The notes below the pieces were generated by a model, which was not told the origin of the DNA, made no database searches, and saw only the letters and a list, made by a program, of their open reading frames with translations. Below, one piece after another: positions 13,866 to 28,772 of a stretch of DNA of 64,000 nucleotides. Position numbers and translations under genes: made by a program. Location: assembly GCF_009914755.1 (NCBI RefSeq), contig NC_060930.1; one strand, given 5' to 3'. Position 1 is the first letter of the stretch. Each line of letters begins with the position of its first letter. This DNA is from the human T2T-CHM13v2.0 reference genome, Homo sapiens.

Positions 13866-14009
13866 TAGGCAAGTTGCTAACTGGAGTAACATCAAACATG
13901 TTCTAAAAAAGGCTCAAAATCCCTAAGATTTATTTTATTATCCAAGTAGTAGAACGAGACAAATTTTCTGCACCTCTCTTCTAAGGAAACCAAACAATGT
14001 TCTTTACAT
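13866..14009 (+). repeat. Left arm of 144 bp inverted repeat
   Basis: Reverse complement of 15067-15210; 134/144 identical with no gaps (manual alignment); A-rich tract 13819-13865 on outer side. Confidence 0.95.
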
Positions 14010-14632
14010 CGTTGCAACCCAGTTGGAGTGGCTGAAGATTTTCATACTTCTCTTTGTTATGTAGCATCAAAGATGAGACACTGGTCACTGCTTGAGATAA
14101 AATACCCAGGATATGGTTTTGGTTTATGCAGAGACACAAAGTTGTGTTACTTGTGCTTCTCCCGGCTGCGGGGGATCTCCAGGTCATCTTTCTGTGCTGA
14201 AGAGACAACACAGTTACTGCATTCAGGTTTATGTTTTTAAATCTGCTTTTCCTGAGATAACTCTATGTGACTGTCAACGCTTCTAATGGAGTTTGAAGCC
14301 CGGCCATATTAAACCAGGGAGCCATCGTGTCATGCTGGCCTCCGTGAGTGCACAGTCCCTGTCCAAGCCGATGTGGCATTAGACAGCCTTCCAAGTTCTG
14401 GGCTCAAGCTTTGGATGTACAATCATGTTTCCTTTGGAAAATGATTTTTTTTATGGCTGAAATAAGATTGATTTTCCTTCTGTATGTTAGTTGCGCTTGT
14501 AAAAACAGCTTTAACCAAATTTTAGGGTCATTCTAACATGTCATTTCTACAATTAAAAGTGTTAACTATTTTGCAGATGAACACTTCCTTCATCATGTGT
14601 CCTTCCCTTCCTACATAAAAGCAAATAGAATC

Positions 14633-14953
<321 letters not shown>

Positions 14954-15066
14954 TAGAGAAAAGGTCAGAGGCTCTGTCTGGGTATGTGTGTGTTTTCCGG
15001 AACATTCTTTTTCATAGCAGTCTCTGTGAACTTCCAGATTTATATAGCCTGTAAAGGTGAAAGCAA

Positions 15067-15210
15067 ATGTAAAGAACATTTTTTGGTTTCCTTAGAAGAG
15101 AGGTGCAGAAAATGTGTTTAGTTCTATTACTTGGATAATAAAACAAATCTTACGGATTTTGAGCCTTTTTTAGAACATGGTCTATGTTACTCCAGTTAGC
15201 AACTTGCCTA
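15067..15210 (-). repeat. Right arm of 144 bp inverted repeat
   Basis: Reverse complement of 13866-14009; followed by T-rich/(TTTA)n tract 15211-15266. Confidence 0.95.
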
Positions 15211-15227
15211 TTTTTTTATTTTTATAT

Positions 15228-15262
<35 letters not shown>

Positions 15263-15334
15263 TTTTGCAGTTTGGTACAGGAAAGTTTATACAGTTTGGT
15301 GTTAGAATAGACAAAGCAAAAATTTCCTCCTTTT

Positions 15335-15470
15335 TTTGAGGCCCAGTTCCTCAAAAGAGGTAATATGAGCTGCCTCACAATATTTTTGTGAGGGTTAAAT
15401 GAGATAATGCGTGAAAAAAATAGCATCATGTCAAACATAAAATAGTCACTCCATAAATATTCATTGCTTT
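15335..15470 (+). mobile_element. MIR
   Basis: cctcacaatatttttgtgagggttaaatgagataatgcgtgaaa. Confidence 0.7.
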
Positions 15471-15513
15471 TCATTTCATTCTCTGACATTCTCTTTCCTT
15501 AAGGAAAATCTTA

Positions 15514-15899
<386 letters not shown>

Positions 15900-16029
15900 T
15901 TGGAATAAACAATAAAGGAATGGTATCAACATCACATGAAAACCAGTTCAGAAGCATAATTTTAGTTAAAATGGTCACTTGGTATCATGCTAACCAAAGT
16001 AATTGATTCAGCCTTTAAGGAAAAATTGG

Positions 16030-16200
16030 TTGTATAACATTTACTCAGCACCTACTAAGTACAAAGCACTGGGTTAGGCAGTAGGTATTAAAAGGTGAGC
16101 AGGTGGATTCCAGACCTCTAGGAGCTCAAGTACTATGGAGAAATAGACACAAAAATCAATAGCTCCAATACAATATGCCAAATTCTGTAACAGAGAAAAG
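16030..16200 (-). mobile_element. L2 fragment
   Basis: aacatttactcagcacctactaagtacaaagcactgggttaggc...ggagctcaagt. Confidence 0.7.
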
Positions 16201-17547
16201 GCTGCACATGGGTGATGCACTTACACTGAAAGGATTACTTCGATTTAGAGCCATGAGCTCCGATCGTCTCTAGAATATTACAGATATTTTGATACAATGC
16301 TTTTCCCTTGTGAGAACTCCTTGTCATTGGATGGACAGTTAGGATAATTTGTTGCTCAGACTCAACTTATTTTGGCTTCTGTAAAAATTATCTGAGTAGT
16401 GAGGCAAAACACTTGAGTATTAGGGAAAGCCATAGACATCAATTTCCTCAAGGGGTAAGAAGTTTTATCATTTGTGTTTTCGTCTGTAGCAAAAAATACA
16501 AATGCATAAAAGCTCAGGACCCAGATGAAGCATTTCACCACCTGGGCCTCTAAAATAAGTTGGCAGCTCCAACGAGAAGGTGTAGGTTGAAAAGAGGTCC
16601 CTGTCCCTCACAGCTTTAAGCAGACCTGACAGTTTCTTATTGAGAGAGAGAATGTTCCTTAGTTGACATGAAAAGTTTTGATGACACACCACCCTAATTA
16701 TCCCCTACCCTCTGGAAGAGCTGAATCCACAACCCAATTCTGGGTGACATGTTTTTGCCCTTCTTGCTATTATCAGTCTCCACTAACTGATCATCACGTC
16801 ATGTTAACCTGCAAATACAAACTCCTGAGCCATTTAATGAGACCTTGATCTATGGCCAACTTGAGGCCCTCCTTGCCCATCTCTTCCTCCATTGAAGAGC
16901 AACATCAAATAATGCTTCCAATAAAATTGACGCGTCTTTGTTAGAGATGTCAGGTTTAGGGGTGTCTGGCCTCTGAAGCTGGCTAATGCATGAGTCCTTT
17001 TCTAGACAAGGTAGAGGGCTCATTGGAGTGATTAGAGCAATTATTCAGGGTTACCTGTCATATGTAATCAGCTCTGGCCCATGTGGTGGGAAGAGGTGAC
17101 CTAGACCTGCCTTTTCAGACCAACTATTGCTATTGGATGGCATCTTTGCCTTCAGCATCTCCTTAGATATGCTCAAGTTCCAAACATCTATCGGCAAAAC
17201 TTAACTTTCTTGCATTTTTAAAAATTCTATTTTAATAGCCCTCTTACTCAGAGGAGGTCATCTGAGGCTTGTTATGATTTATTTTTCTTCTGCAATTTCT
17301 CTTTTATCCTACCTGACATATTTTATTGCTAAATTTCCCGTGTGATAAAGCAAGAGTCCTTCTGAGTTAAGGAAAACTTCTTACTTCCTTTCATCTCATC
17401 AAATCATCCTGAAGAGCAGATAAAAGCCTTTTAGTGAAACCTGGTATTACTGAAGAAGGAAAGAAATTCTAAAACCACAGAAAATGGCTTATATCTGGTG
17501 CAGAAGTTTTTGATGAGGTAGACTTTATTGTTAATCATTATGAGCCT

Positions 17548-17594
17548 TATCATCATCATTATCATCATCATCATTTTCACTGGCATTAATTTTT
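17548..17594. repeat. (CAT)n microsatellite
   Basis: atcatcatcattatcatcatcatcat. Confidence 0.8.
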
Positions 17595-18639
17595 GTTTTC
17601 ACCTCCATTAGGTACTTGTGTGTATGCGAGTAGCACTAGAAATGCCATAACAATGGAATCATATGTCCACAGTTCTACCTCTTTGAGCCATGCAATTTAA
17701 GGCAAGTAAATTTAAACATGCATTAAAAGTAACACATTACATTTTGAGTAAAAAACAAACAAGAGCTTGGATTGTAAAAATAATTGAAACATTGCCTTTA
17801 TGTATAACATTTTATTTTTTTAAGTGTGAGAAGTGAAGGAAAACCACAAATGCTATGTATGTCATCCAGGAGAATGTTTTTACCCCCTCCTTTAATTTCT
17901 CAGAGGGAGAATTAGGACAGAGGTGGGACATTATATTATGAATTACTTTAGAAAAGGGAAATCAAAGTCTTGTGTGATAGGGCATTTCAGCCATATTACC
18001 ACCAAGTAAAATTAGGTATCTTGGTAATTTTTATAAAAGTGAGATTATTTTCTTTGGCTAAGGCTGAACAGCAGTCATGATAAGATTGGGATAGCATCTC
18101 CTTGTGATCAGAAATACCCTTGATATATGACAAAGTATGTGACTCAATCTGGGTCAGTGAAAATTTTCTCTCCCCCTGATTTCTATTCATTATAAGTACA
18201 AACTCACTCTAGAACTCTGTGGGAACTCCTCTTCTTTGTGGCCCAGAAATAGCATTTAATAGTTACTTGTTATCATTTCCAAATCAACACATTTCCAAGC
18301 AGAATCAAAGCAATATCCTCTGCCAGGATGGATCCAGGAAGATGGTAACCACTCATGAGAGCCATTGTTCCTTTTGTTCTTCTTGCCACAGGTAGCTTTT
18401 TGGAGCACCAACCTGCTTTCCCATCCTTGTCGGACACATGTTGCCATTGGGAAGTATTTTTTTCCAACTAAAGTTGTCTCAAGTGTTATTTGGGGCTTGG
18501 GAGGGTGGGGTGGTCCCTCTGAATTCCATAGTATTTACTGCCTTACAAAACAGATATTACCTATTATTATTATTTTTCATTTTCTGCATGAGTTCTGTCT
18601 ACCTAACCACACATTATGTCTTTTCAGACAGATGTGAGC

Positions 18640-18815
18640 TGGTAGAAGTCATGTAATCTCACTGAGCTTCAGAGTCCCCATTTATAATGTGGGGGATAGT
18701 AATATTATCTTCCTGATCCACTTCACAGGCTGTTTTGACACGAAGCATGAGATAATACATGTTGAATGAATGAATGAATGAAAATATGTTGAAAAGTATA
18801 ACGTACTGTGCAAAT
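18640..18815 (+). mobile_element. MIR
   Basis: taatctcactgagcttcagagtccccatttataatgtggggatagtaat...atgagataatacatgt. Confidence 0.65.
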
Positions 18816-18869
18816 TTAAGTCCACAGGTGCCTAGAATAATAGATATCTTCAACATGACCTAGCCCAGT

Positions 18870-18990
18870 GCTATTGTTTCAACGGTGAGGAAACTGGAGT
18901 CCCTGAAGGCAGTCACAGAGCGCCTTAGTGCAGCTGAGCCTGTGTTCAGGTCTCTAGACTCTCAGCCTGGTGCTCTCAGTTCTCTACCAT
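18870..18990 (-). mobile_element. MIR
   Basis: ggtgaggaaactggagtccc...gtcacagag...ggtctctagactctcagcctggtgctct. Confidence 0.55.
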
Positions 18991-19803
18991 GTTGCTTCTT
19001 TCATTAAGCAGGGCCTTCCATGTGATGGGCACCAAGTAACTGTTTGATTATTACCAGAGGCAGCATAACCAGAGGCAGCACAGCCTGGTCTCCCTCTGGG
19101 GTGTGAAAAACTGACACTACATCCTTTCTTGAAAGCAGAAGGTGACAGAAAGGTAATGAGAGTGTTGGTGCCTGTAGGAGGGATGGGAGAAGCAGAGCTT
19201 TGAAGGATGAAAAGGAGTACCAAAGAGTCTGGCTAGGCCTATGGAGATGACCTTTGCTGATGTACATTTTCCAGGTTGGTTACAGGTAGCTTAAGGTGGG
19301 GAAACCTTATGGGGATTTATGCTTGGATGGGAAGCTCACTTTCCCTCTTCTAGTAGTACTCTGCCTTCCATGTGTGACCACTCATGCCTGCTATCCAATG
19401 GGTGACTCATTTCTAATAGGAACTACCTGCAGGCATAGGACTCAGGTTGAGAAGTTGCTTCCAAACAGCAAGGTCATTATCAGTCTCAGATCCAGTTCAT
19501 GGATCTGGCACACCATAGCGGGAGAGAGATCAGAATTCACAGATCTGGAGAGGTAGCCATTTCGAACATCAAGCTTGTTGGGGAGAGATGGGAACCAGAG
19601 GGGCTATTGACAAATGAGCACAGATCTGTAACAGTCAAGATATGGACTGGGATGCAACTGGGTCAATGTGGCAGTTCTGGACCAAACTTCACACAGGTTG
19701 AGAAACTGCAGGCATTCCTTTTACATGAAGCTTGCTGTTCATTGCTGCACTGGGCTGGCTAATGGGTCACGCTGGCATCCTTTCTAAAGCTTTGGTTGGT
19801 ACT

Positions 19804-20536
<733 letters not shown>

Positions 20537-21818
20537 GCATTTAAAAAAACTAGGAGGAGAGGATGGAAATGCAGTCAAGCTATGCCTACCATACTTCTCC
20601 TTGAAGTATTGCTGTAGGAAGCCAAGCCAGTGTCTCATTTCAGGTGGTTGAGTCATCTGTGCTTTTCACACCTCAGTCAGAATACAGCTGCTCCTTCTTT
20701 GCCACCCATGATAAAAAGGAAAATATTTATTTGAGCAATCAGGGTGTTCAATTTCTTCCAGTACCCTAGAAGTAACTGAAGCAATGCAATTATTCTTGAA
20801 GAAGACAAAAGAAACTGCTGCCAGACATCTTAAATTAAAGACGCAGTGCAAAACCTTACTGTTATATGTCTGAATGCTGTACTGAATGGCAAACTCACAT
20901 ACTAAAAAGATTTAAAAACGCTTATGGTAGCAGAGTTGTTCACTTCTATTCTTGATCCAGCTGCTGGTGAAGTCTTGAAGAGACAGAATTATTCTCTTAA
21001 TATTTTGACACTTGTATTCAAAGTCTATTTGAATTAGCAGGTTTTGAAAAATGACATGTTTGCTTCTGTGGTTGAAGGAAAAAAATCTAGGTCAATGATA
21101 ACCTCACTTCAACCTTCTCACTTTGAAATGGGTGCGTTCCCTCTCATTGCTGATGAGTGGTCAAAGTACCCCCAGGCACACAGCCTTATTCACTGCCATC
21201 ACTTCTCACAGGAGCAGAATGATAATACTTGTAAATAGAGGTGTTGCGCAGGCACATGGATTAATGCTCTTACTGGCTGGCCTAATAGGTTCATCAATTA
21301 GCAAAATGATCCTATGCTACCACTCAAAACTAAGAAAACTTAGGTACAACTGCCTCTCACCAATTCACTGTACTTGGAAACATCCCCTTAAAGGTCTGGT
21401 GGGGGAGAAAGACTCTCCTGGTTCATTAGTAGGAAGGAAATCCAAATCAAGTGTGAATGACGGAAGCAGTGCCAGTAATCTTGCAAGTGGTGTGATTGCT
21501 CTGTGTGATATTTCAAAACCTCCTCCGAAGGGAAAAATCAAGATGATCGGGCCAGTCAGCTTCACACCAAACTGGCCTGGAGAATGACAGCCTTTTCATT
21601 GTCAAACAGTTCAAGAATGTCTCTGTGTGATATTGATGTGGCATCTATTTTCAAACTGTAATCCAGTAGCTCTGGCATGCAGGGTTTTGTATTTCTGCAA
21701 ACTCTTTTGGGTTTTCTATTTCTACAATGTTTGCCTGAGCTAACATTTCTCATGAACAGAAAATTGAAATTTTAAAAAGCAATTATAGATGGTGTGAAAT
21801 ATAAAGACACCAGGGACA

Positions 21819-21853
21819 TTGTATTCGGGATTTTTCAGAGAAACAGAGCCAGT

Positions 21854-21901
<48 letters not shown>

Positions 21902-22322
21902 AAATGCTTATGTGATGATGAAGGCTGACAAGACCCTAAGTCCTAAGATGTGCAGTTTTCATGCTGGAGACCAGGAGAGCTGATGGTACAGTGCCAGTCT
22001 GGGTCCAAAGGCCTGAGAAAGAGACGCAGTCTCAGTTTGAGTCCATAGGCAGGAAAAAACTGATGTACCAGTTTGAAGGCAGTCAGGTAGCAGGAATTCT
22101 CTCTTACCTGAGGGACCTCAGCCTTTTTGATCTATTGAGGCCTTTGACTGATTGAATGAGGTCCACCCACATTTGGGAGGGCAGTCTACTTTTCTCAGTC
22201 TCCTGATTCAAATGTTAATCTCATCTAGAAAGTCCCTCACAGGAATATCCTGAACAATGTTTGACCAAATATCTTGGCACCCTGTGGCCCAGTCAAGTTG
22301 ACACATAAAAGTAACCATGATA
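21819..22322 (-). mobile_element. MLT2 (ERVL) solo LTR
   Basis: cagagaaacagagccagtagg...ggcccagtcaagttgacacataaaagtaaccat. Confidence 0.85.
21858..21895. repeat. (TG)19 microsatellite within MLT2
   Basis: Perfect TG run. Confidence 0.95.
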
Positions 22323-22689
22323 GATTTTGACTGAGTTCGAAACTGGAAGCCAGTAGATCTGTGAGGTTAGGTATTTTTTTTGAAAAGCTGATTAGTAAAA
22401 TTCCTGTAATGCCCTGCTATCTCTTCACCCTTCTAATCTTCCCTGTCATGGGCAGGTAAGCTGCACGTCACTCAGATAATGGCTAATTGCTCAGCTGCTT
22501 GCTGGCCCTTTGGTTGTAGAGTATGATATCCTCATATGCAAAGTGGTGCTTATACCCCCTGCCTTTATGGCCTGTAGGAATTCCTTGAGGATCACTTGCT
22601 GACCAGGAATCAGGTAGCCTGGCTTTTGGTTTGGGTTTGGCTTCTGATGTGTTGTGTGCTCATGCAAATTATTTGAGCTTCAGTTTTTC

Positions 22690-23123
<434 letters not shown>

Positions 23124-23460
23124 TAGTCAAAATGTGGACCTAAAACACACAAAAGAGTAGGATGAGAGGAAAACTTACTTCTTACTGCTGTTTATTCTTT
23201 ATTTTTATTTGATTAGTGTCTTATGTTTGAAGGATATTTGAGTTCTTTTAACTTTTTGATATCTAGAAATGATGAGCTGCTTATTTCCACATTTGGAATG
23301 AATTTTATTCCAGGTAATTACTTCAGATGATTGCTCCTATTATTTTGTTTTGGTCCTCTGCCTAAAACATGCCTTAAAGATTTTTCAAAAATAAAATTAT
23401 TTCTTTCCACAGCAATAAAAGTACATTTTGTGGTAATACTTGACATGCTATGTGCTAATA

Positions 23461-23761
23461 CAGATTCTCTTTGATTTATGATGAGGTTATGTCTTGGCAA
23501 ACCCATTTTAAGTTGAAAATATTGAAAGTAGAAAATGCAGTTAATACACCTAACCTATTGAACGTTGTAGCTCAGGCTATCCTACCTTAAATATATTCAG
23601 AACATCAGTATGAGGGAGTATCGTATTGCATGTCACTAGCCAGGGAAAAGACCAAAATTTAAAATTTGAAGTATGGTTTCTGCTGAAAAATCTTACTGCT
23701 TTTGCACCACGGTAAAGTCGAAAAATCCTGAGTCAAACCACCATAAATCAGGGACCGTCTG
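23461..23761 (+). mobile_element. MER47/Tigger5-family DNA transposon
   Basis: cagattctctttgatttatgat ... cataaatcagggaccgtctg termini with TA on both sides. Confidence 0.8.
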
Positions 23762-25272
23762 TAATTGTCAGCTTATGACTTGTAAGTTCTAGGTTTCATA
23801 GCTCAAGGCTGGAAGCCAACCTTGTCTTTTCATCAGTCAGTTTTGAATCCAATGGCAATTATGTACCAAGAAGACATTCAAGAACGTTAACTTACACTTT
23901 GTGTACTTTTCTATAAAATGAAACTTTAGCATAAATTACAGTTGGATTTATAGTACATGGGATAGAAGATACACTTCCTATTGCTGTCTTCTTTTGTAGA
24001 GAAGGCAAATAGCCTACTGCATAGTGATAAGACTGCTAACCTCCTAACTTCACATTTGAAACTCAATTTCCATCTGTTTTAGTTCCACACCGTGTGTCAA
24101 CGACAGAGTTGGAGGCTATTGATCAAGATCCTTGTGGACCCACCCACACATTCTACATAGAATCATGACTGACAAAGTGACATGCTATGTGTTTTCAAAA
24201 TGACATAGAGATTGAAAATGGAAAAGTTAAATATAAATCTTCATGGAAGTTTCAGTAATTTTTAATAATTTGTTCTTTTGTGGCATGCATATGTGAATGA
24301 TATATTTGTCCTAGAGCAATAGGAATTCATTTCCCCACATCTGTAATATCTGCAGTAAGCTAAATTAAAAATGCATTTGTACTTGTACAGTTAAATGATC
24401 ATATTTAATGAAATGTCAGAGATGAATCTTAGCAAATAGTCAGGAAATTATTTCAGGGAGTGCAGCATTTCATTACTAGCAGTCAGAGAAAAGCAAAGTG
24501 ATTAAACAAATGGTTTACTGCTCTAAGGTGGTGGCTGCCCAAAAAGAATAGAATGCCAGTGTGTGGAGGTGAGAGACAAATGCTGCCTTTTCTGTGTCCA
24601 CCGTCTCGCTGCTCTGGTCCCCCTCTACACGATGGAATCCTGAGTCTGATAGTAGCTCAGAGTAGGGGCTTTGGAGACTTTTCTCATGCAATGAGGGAAA
24701 TAGCCATTAGGAAATGACTATGGTGTATGGGAATCACCTCACATGAGGTCCAGGACCAGGCTTTAGCAAGGCGTAGGCAGATGAGTTGAGTAGGAGTCTC
24801 AGATTAATTGAATGAGGACTGGAAGGAGCTGGTTGAAGATCAATGGATATTTAGCCTCCAGATCTTTACCCATGGGGGACAATTGGATGTGGGTGGCAAG
24901 CAACATGGAACTGGGAAGAGACAGGAGATTAGTAGCTGTGCTGTGGGTAAGAACAGAGTGGAAGAGGATAGGCAGGTAGGTAGCAGGCAGCAAGCAGGCA
25001 CAGAGGAGAAGGAGAATCAAGCGGATAGGAGGGAGGTTAAAGGGAGGACACTGGTCATTTGAAAAGGCAGAGTGCAGCTAGTTTATTTGTTACCAATGTA
25101 AAGTCACGCCCCACACAAATCTCACACAAGCAACTTGAATCATCAAATCATCAACTGTTTTGGTTGGTGTTATGGGTTGTATGGTGTCCTCTATGAGTAT
25201 ATGTTTAAGTCCTAACTCCTAGTACCTCAGGATGTAAACTTATTGGGAAATAGGTTGCTACAGATTTAATTA

Positions 25273-25341
25273 TTAGGTTTGTGCAAATATAATTGAGGTT
25301 TTTGCCATTAAAAATAATGGCAAAAACTGTTATTAACCTAA
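25273..25341. mobile_element. MADE1 (Hsmar1 MITE)
   Basis: ttaggtttgtgcaaatataattgaggtttttgccatt-aaaaat-aatggcaaaaac...aacctaa, TA-flanked; right TIR partly deleted. Confidence 0.85.
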
Positions 25342-25411
25342 TAGGAAGAGTTCCTACTGAAGTAGAGTAGAATCTCTATCCAGTGTGCCTGGTGTCTTTA
25401 GAAGATGATGT

Positions 25412-25725
25412 GGCCGGGCGCGGTGGCTCACGCCTGTTATCCCAGCACGTTGGGAGGCCGAGGTGGGTGGATCACCTGAGGTCAGGAGTTCGAGACTAGC
25501 CTGGCCAATATGGTGAAACCCTGTCTCTACTAAAAATACAAAAATTAGCCGGGTGTGGTGGTGTGCACCTGTAGTCCTGGCTACTCGGGGGACCAAGACA
25601 GGAGAATCACTTGAACCCAGGAGGTGGAAGTTGCAGTTAGCCAAGATCGTGTCACGTCACTCCAGCCTGGGGGATAGAGTGAGACTCTGTCTCCAGAAAA
25701 AAAACCAAAAACAAAAACAAAAAAC
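25412..25725 (+). mobile_element. AluSx/Sz
   Basis: Full sense Alu; TSD aagatgatgt. Confidence 0.95.
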
Positions 25726-26083
25726 AAGATGATGTGACAGAGGCAGAAGAGGCAGAGAGTGGAAGGATACAACTGCAAGTCAGGGAGCTCCAGAGATTGA
25801 CAGCCACCAATACAAGCTGGAAAGAGACAAGAAGTCTTCCCTAGAGCCCTCAGAGACAGCATGGCCTTGCTGACACCTTGATCTCAGACCCTTCCAGAGC
25901 TGTGAAACAATAAGCTTTGTTGTTTTAAGCCACCCAATTTGTGGTATTTTCTTACAGTGACCCTAGGAACCTAATACAGTTGGTAAAACCCAATTCTGAA
26001 TGGCCAAATCAATAAGGCATATTTCTCAGTCTTCTGAATTGTTTCTTAAGGAAATTCCATTACTTTTCATTTAAATTTTTGGT

Positions 26084-26307
26084 ACTGTCATCCAGGGCTA
26101 GGGTGAGAGGAGTAAGGCACTTGCCTCAGCTGCAAAATTTAAGGAGCTGCCAAAAACCTCGGTAATTAAGAGAATATTTCAGGACAATATTTTAAAAAAT
26201 TAAAATTTATGCAAAAAATTATGATGAAGAGAATATGAGCATTTTAAATACAGGATCACTATCATTGATTTTTTTCTCTTGAGTCTGTATGGCCTGGTAT
26301 CGCATTG
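26084..26307 (+). mobile_element. MER96B-like hAT element
   Basis: agggtgagaggagtaaggcacttgcctcagctgcaaaatttaaggagctgccaaaaacctcggtaattaag. Confidence 0.7.
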
Positions 26308-27898
26308 TCAACATCTAAATAACATAAGTATGTTTAAAATACATATAGTGAAAGACATAGAGGCAAACATATTCATATAAGATATATTCTATATTCCAAT
26401 TTTATCTTAGGAAGACACCCAAAAAAGATGACAAGGTAAAAGCAAGGTGACTTGGGTTGAATTCACTTTTCCCCATGTGAGAACTCAGATTGTATTGACA
26501 GTGGGAAGACCAGATCAGCAACATTGGGTTACAAGGAGAGCCCAGGTAAGCATTGTTTAAACATGAAATCTGCATAAAAAAGGCAAGCTGCTATAATCGC
26601 AGTAGCAAAGGGAATTAGATTCTTTGGCCTTTACCACATGATAGTAAATGACAGCATAATAAATAAAGCAAAAATGATTTCTGACTTATACTTTTCACAT
26701 CATATCCCGGAGGCACTTTGCTATTGTTACAAGTATATTAAATGTAGGTCTGATTATTTCTCAGAAGGAGCTGACAAGAGACATAGTCTGGTACATGGAG
26801 CTTCTGGCCTATGTTTGGTGGTTAATATTTACTGGCTTCATACTTCTCCTGAAGCTAAGGGGAGATCAATGATAGAGCTAGGAGAGACCAAAAGTGGAAT
26901 GCCTTTTCACACATGTAATGCACATTAACTTTCTTCAGTTGCTTAAAGATGTTGTTGAGTGTTTGCCTAACATGTGAAGTTGGTTATTAGCTATTCTCTT
27001 ATCCTGGAAAAGTGCAAGTATCACTCCAGTGGCCAATGGAGAGGGCTTAGATATGGATTCTATGACTAGGAGAAAATGGATAAGATGGACATAGATGAAA
27101 CATGGGGATCTATGTTACTGAAAAAAAATTTTATTGACTTGTTTTTTGGTGTACATAGTTCTATATATTTTAACACATGTATACATTCATATAACCATCA
27201 CCACAATCATATGAAAACTGCTTTATAAACCCTCAAACTCCCACATATGACTTCTTTATAGTCACATTCTCTAAAACTTTTGTCTTTTCTTTGCAGAATG
27301 CTCTGTAAATATTGATTATTTTAGCTGTCATGTTTAGGTATTTAATTTATTTTGAGTTAATTTTTGGAGATAGTATAAAGTAAACATCCAATTTCATTCT
27401 TTACATCTGGATATCTGTTTTCCTGGCACTATTTGTTGAAAAGATTGTCTTTTCCCCATTAAATGGACTTGGCACCCTTGTTAAACATAACTAAACCATG
27501 TATGTGGGAGTTATTTTTCTGGGCTCTTTGTTCTGTTCTATTGGTCTATATATCTGTCTTTACTCCAGTACCACACTGTTAGGATTTTTGTAACTTTGTA
27601 GTAGGCTTTGAAATCAGGAAGTGTGAGACTTCCAATTTTGTTCTTCCTTTTAAAGACTGCTTTGACTGTCATTCAAGCTTTCTTGAGATTCCATATGAAT
27701 TTTAAAACGCAAATTTCTGTTTTTGCATAAAACATCATTGGGATTTTGACAGAGATTGTATTAAATTTATAAGTTGCTTTGAATAGTATAGACATCTTAA
27801 AATATGACTTCCATAATATAGGTTGTCTTTTCACTTATTTATACTTTCTTTTATTTTTCATCAACGTTTTATATTTTTAGTGTATATGTTTTTTGCCT

Positions 27899-28020
27899 TG
27901 TTAAATAAAAAAATATTTAATGATACTTGCTAAAGCCTGGTAAAAAACACTTCATTCAGGACCATCACAATAAGTATCGGGACCAGTGCAATGAGATTTG
28001 TAGTCGGGGAGAGGGACTGT
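27899..28020 (-). mobile_element. MER31-like ERV1 LTR fragment
   Basis: tgttaaataaaaaaatatt...cttcattcaggaccatcacaataagtatcgggaccagtgcaatg. Confidence 0.6.
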
Positions 28021-28772
28021 GTTTCTAGAAATTTTTCCACTTCATCTAGGTTTTCCAGTTTGTTGGTATACAATTATTTATAGTACACTTATAATTCTTT
28101 TTATTTCTGTAAAATTGAATTAATGTCTCCTTTTCTGTTTCTTATTTTAGTTATTTGATACTTCTCTCTTACTTTTAGCCAATATAGCTAAATCTTTGTC
28201 AATTTTGTTGATCTTTTCAAAGAACAAACTCTTGGTTTTGTTGATTATCTCTATTGTTTTTCTGTCCCCTATTTTATTTATCTCTGCTCTAATCTTTATT
28301 ATTTACTTGGTAATGTAGGCTTTGGGTTTAATGAGATTGTTGATTTGAGATCTTCTTTTTTAGTGTAAGCATTTATAGCTATAACTTCCCTCTTATTATT
28401 GCTTTTGCCCTAGCTCATCAATTTTGATATGTTGTGTTTTCATTTTTATTTATTTCAAGATATTTTCTAATTTCACTTGTGATTTATTCTTTGACTCATT
28501 GCTTGTTTAAGAGTATGTTGTTTAATTTCCACAGATTTGTGAATTTTTCAGTTTTCCTTCTGCTGTTGATTTGTAGTGTCATCGTATTGTATTGGAAAAG
28601 ATAGTTTGTTTGATTTCAATCTTTTATAATTTATTAAGACATATTTATGCTCTAGCCCATGGTGTATCCTGAAGAATTCCCCATGTGCACCTGAGAAAAA
28701 TGTGTATTTTGCTGTGTGGGGTGGAGTGCTCTGTATATTTTAGGTCTAGTTGGTGCATAGTGTTATTCAAGT

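Larger units (their letters stand above)
25168..25978 (+). mobile_element. MLT1B/C solo LTR hosting MADE1 and Alu
   Basis: tgttatgggttg...ccctaggaacctaataca; perfect 5 bp TSD gttgg (25163-25167, 25979-25983). Confidence 0.88.

Noticed and set aside
21123-21587. 154 aa ORF in unique sequence
   Set aside because: TTG start, no domain or convincing exon structure; length is compatible with chance.
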